Positions 27,365 to 32,032 of a stretch of DNA of 32,032 nt are shown here, piece by piece (the first letter of the stretch is position 1; each line of letters begins with the position of its first letter). The position numbers were made by a program, and so were the translations under genes. The stretch lies in IMG/VR virus record IMGVR_UViG_3300038475_000025, positions 1-32,032 of that record. One strand, 5' to 3'. The stretch is from a virus (taxonomy: Duplodnaviria; Caudoviricetes). The notes beneath the pieces are model-generated. The model was not told where the DNA came from and made no database searches. It saw nothing but the letters and a program-made list of their open reading frames with translations.

Positions 27365-27892
27365 TTAGTTATTCCACTCAACTTCGCCTACTACCTGGAC
27401 TGGTGACTTAACGAGCTTTGCACTAAAGTATAGTGGTAAACCAGCGAGAACACAGATAGGAGCATTCGAATTGGAGAAAGCAGCTAGTTTCTTGTCGAAA
27501 TGAGCATCCTGGAACGCCTGATATATCGTGTTTTTGAGGGTTTCGAAACTAATAAGGATAGCCAGCGGATCACGGTCGTTCTTCTGCAGAAACCGTACTT
27601 GATTCATGACCGTGGTCAGCAATTCCTTGCTTTGGGTAAGCACATCTACAACTTTCTTCAAATCCCCTTCTGAAATGATATTATCATCTCCTGTCAGATA
27701 GAACTGACACAATCCACACAGTTTACAGATCGACGCATGAATTACCCTCCATTCAGAAGGTGATCCAAAATCCGTCAAACTGGTAGTTCTTCGTACTTCT
27801 TCATTTGGCAAGATTTCAGCGAATGGACAAAAATCGGGAGCTTCAATCAGACCCCTGTCTGCCCTGACCACTCTGAGTTCTACTTTTGGCAT
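27365..27892 (-). CDS. Hypothetical protein with Cys cluster
   Basis: ATG 27892 (MPKVELR) with AAAGGA RBS; CPF...CKLCGLCQFY. Confidence 0.7.
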   Translation of the reverse strand: MPKVELRVVRADRGLIEAPDFCPFAEILPNEEVRRTTSLTDFGSPSEWRVIHASICKLCGLCQFYLTGDDNIISEGDLKKVVDVLTQSKELLTTVMNQVRFLQKNDRDPLAILISFETLKNTIYQAFQDAHFDKKLAAFSNSNAPICVLAGLPLYFSAKLVKSPVQVVGEVEWNN

Positions 27893-28136
27893 CGAGTTTC
27901 CTTTCAAATAGATGCGTGATTGTATACCAGAATCCCTTCCAAAATGGAAGTGGTGTAATTTCAACCATAGACCGACCAATCGTATTGTAGTAACCTTCTC
28001 GATGACCATTCCGACATTCAAACCATCCTGGCATAAGCATTGGCATACTGAACATATTACCATCATCCATGGTTAAAGGAATAGGTGGAGATGCTTTGTA
28101 AACCAATTCCTTTCCACATTGCAAACACTTAATCAT
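27843..28136 (-). CDS. Small Zn-ribbon protein
   Basis: MIKCLQCG...FECRNGH; GAGG RBS right after the groEL stop. Confidence 0.6.
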   Translation of the reverse strand: MIKCLQCGKELVYKASPPIPLTMDDGNMFSMPMLMPGWFECRNGHREGYYNTIGRSMVEITPLPFWKGFWYTITHLFERKLDAKSRTQSGQGRQGSD

Positions 28137-28144
28137 AAAGCCTC

Positions 28145-30054
<1,910 letters not shown>

Positions 30055-30056
30055 AA

Positions 30057-30707
30057 CTACGCCCCTTCCTTGACCAAAGTGACACGGCTGATGTTATCTT
30101 TGTCTAATGTAACGTGATAACGCTTCGTTCCAATAGCACAAATTCCATCGTCATGCGTTACGATGATGATCTGCCGCTTGAAACGTTCAGCGAACGACAG
30201 TATTAACTGACCAAGTGTAATCTGATGCGTCTGGTCCACAAACTTGCCTGGCTCATCCAGTATGATTGGCCCTTCCAAACCAAAAAGCTCAACAATGGCG
30301 AACTGCAATACGATACTCACCACGTCAAGTATACCACCACCCTTCATATCTTCCAACTCACCAGTCGCCGTATTCCCAAACTCATCTGTCAAACTGAACC
30401 TGACTATCACCTGGTTTCGCTCAAACTCAAACGCTAGTGTGAACGTCAGATTGTAACCGAAGACCGCCTGTAACGCTTCAGTGATCAAAGGTTCAATGTA
30501 ACCCTTGATCGACGCTTCTGTAGTCTTCGACAAGACTTCTAGAACAGACCTTGAAAGATCGTCAATCGTGACCGACTTTTCAATGTCTCCAATCTCCACA
30601 ACAAGCTCTGCATGTTGTGCCTGGACCCGCTGTAGCTCACCAAACTTCTGGTTATACTTGGCTTCCAGCATCCGTAGTTGACTATCGTATATAGTGAGAT
30701 CAGCCAT
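30057..30707 (-). CDS. C-terminal half of an SbcC/Rad50 ABC-ATPase
   Basis: Coiled coil, signature-like MKGGG, Walker B/D-loop IILDEPGKFVD, H-loop IIIVTHD; no Walker A. Confidence 0.85.
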   Translation of the reverse strand: MADLTIYDSQLRMLEAKYNQKFGELQRVQAQHAELVVEIGDIEKSVTIDDLSRSVLEVLSKTTEASIKGYIEPLITEALQAVFGYNLTFTLAFEFERNQVIVRFSLTDEFGNTATGELEDMKGGGILDVVSIVLQFAIVELFGLEGPIILDEPGKFVDQTHQITLGQLILSFAERFKRQIIIVTHDDGICAIGTKRYHVTLDKDNISRVTLVKEGA

Positions 30708-30990
30708 TGATCACTTGTTCTGCCTGTGATAGTGCCGACTCCATTTGCTGGAGCATTTCAACCAATTCCTGCTCTGTTTTTTCAATGATAGCAGGAAGTT
30801 CTTTAGTATCCGCAACACCCATTGCCGCAGCCTTGACCTTGAGTTCATCGTATTGCTTCTTCAGAAAGTCAAGCCTCACACGGCTCTCAGTGACTGCAGT
30901 GGTCACCTTCGCAATGCGATCCTTAGCCTGCATTATACGGCTTTCAGCAGACGTATCAACCGTTACTGGTACCTGTTTTGTAAGTGCCAT
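30700..30990 (-). CDS. Short coiled-coil protein, possible middle fragment of split Rad50
   Basis: 96 aa, heptad-like helices; AAGGAG RBS; sits between the nuclease and the ATPase C-half. Confidence 0.6.
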   Translation of the reverse strand: MALTKQVPVTVDTSAESRIMQAKDRIAKVTTAVTESRVRLDFLKKQYDELKVKAAAMGVADTKELPAIIEKTEQELVEMLQQMESALSQAEQVING

Positions 30991-30991
30991 T

Positions 30992-31999
30992 TCAATGCTC
31001 CTTCTGTTGGTCAAGAACTTCGAATACCCGGTCCATTACAATCTTCACATAAGGCGAATCTCCGCATATCTCTTCCACTATTTTCGGAATATGTGCCTTA
31101 AAGTCGGTCTGTTTAAGCTCCAGCGTGGAAATCAGTTGCATAAGCTGGGAGAAATCAGTAATTGGAGATCCTTCGGCTATGTCGGATTTCTCAATAAATG
31201 GGTCTTCTATCACATTCTTCAATGTAATGTATTCTATATCCACACTGGCATCTTCCACAGTGATAAGAACAACACGTATCGGACGAACTTTGCCAATAGA
31301 CGTACGCCCAATCGATCCAGGATTGATGTACATCGTAGTCTTGGTAGAAGCATTGAGATTCGTCCTATGTATCGGAGAAAGCCAGCCAGAGTGGATGTGC
31401 CCACTGAGCACAATATCCGCTGTGATATATGGGTGAATATCATCAATTTTTTGATGCGGCCAAACGCAATGTGTAGGAAACAAGTCACCGTGCACCATCT
31501 GGATTATGAGATGCGGTATAGTAGATTCTGGCTGTATAGCCGTTGCGAAATTCTCTGGCTTGTCAGCGAGTCCTGCACTATGCTGGGTCCCGGTGATCCA
31601 AACGTTCTCATAAGCAAGCCATTTTGGAAACAACTCCTGCGCATCGTTTCCAACCAATTTCCACATATCATGTGTCAAGAAATTGCCAACGCCAGTCCTG
31701 CGCAACGTGGCCACCTGGTAGCCATTGTAATCGTGAGATCCAATCACGCCGATAATCGAATTCACTTTGTATTTACGCCAGATAGCAGCCACGTCATTCA
31801 CCAAACCCATCGGTGGGTCAAAGTGATGAAATAGGTCACCACCGAATAGCAGACACTGAACATTCCGCTTTTCGATAATCTCCCCAATCTCTTCTTGCTT
31901 TGCCAGCACGGACTTGTAATAATTGTCCGACCGACTCTTCGGCAGGTCTTTCTCAGAACGATTGTGACAATCCGTGACATATAAGAATTTAGTGCTCAT
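30992..31999 (-). CDS. sbcD: SbcD/Mre11-like DNA nuclease (metallophosphoesterase)
   Basis: VTDCH, GGDLFH, IGSHD, MVHG, SGHIH, INPGSI; adjacent to the Rad50 fragment; ATG 31999 with GAGG RBS. Confidence 0.85.
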   Translation of the reverse strand: MSTKFLYVTDCHNRSEKDLPKSRSDNYYKSVLAKQEEIGEIIEKRNVQCLLFGGDLFHHFDPPMGLVNDVAAIWRKYKVNSIIGVIGSHDYNGYQVATLRRTGVGNFLTHDMWKLVGNDAQELFPKWLAYENVWITGTQHSAGLADKPENFATAIQPESTIPHLIIQMVHGDLFPTHCVWPHQKIDDIHPYITADIVLSGHIHSGWLSPIHRTNLNASTKTTMYINPGSIGRTSIGKVRPIRVVLITVEDASVDIEYITLKNVIEDPFIEKSDIAEGSPITDFSQLMQLISTLELKQTDFKAHIPKIVEEICGDSPYVKIVMDRVFEVLDQQKEH

Positions 32000-32032
32000 G
32001 CGCTTCCTCAACAAATGGTCTATCACACACCG
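31989..32032 (-). CDS. 3' end of upstream gene (...xVCDRPFVEEAHEH*), possibly Rad50 N-half ending at the zinc hook
   Basis: Hand translation: nCG GTG TGT GAT AGA CCA TTT ... TAA (stop 31989-31991), overlapping the nuclease start. Confidence 0.45.
   Translation of the reverse strand, partial: VCDRPFVEEAHEH

Noticed and set aside
30707-31834. 375-aa plus-strand ORF
   Set aside because: Entirely antisense to the nuclease and coiled-coil genes, with no recognisable motifs; a shadow ORF.

Overview
The window is a segment of a large tailed dsDNA bacteriophage genome (standard genetic code). All credible genes are on the minus strand, so it reads right to left. First comes an SbcCD/Mre11-Rad50 module in which Rad50 appears split into pieces around the nuclease gene, then a GroEL chaperonin and an intrinsic terminator. 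Next are low-complexity putative head proteins, a candidate small terminase and the large terminase. A small cassette follows with its own sigma70-type promoters (WYL-like protein, two unannotated membrane micro-proteins, membrane-anchored lytic transglycosylase). After that come two giant multidomain proteins (1728 and 1231 aa), the portal, a metallophosphoesterase, a NUMOD3 homing endonuclease, a Zn-finger-containing prohead protease and a HiPIP-like Cys protein. The most notable observation is a short peptide motif, [S/G]-L-K-F-[A/S]-[D/E/N], found six times exactly plus degenerate copies in the two giant proteins. It is conserved at protein but not codon level and sits at boundaries between unrelated modules: HAD/MDP-1 phosphatase, catalytically degenerate Fic/Doc, M28-like Zn peptidase, Zn ribbon and SH3-like barrels. 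This suggests polyproteins cut by the neighbouring prohead protease into separate virion cargo proteins (inference). All family calls are from motif recognition by eye; no searches were run.
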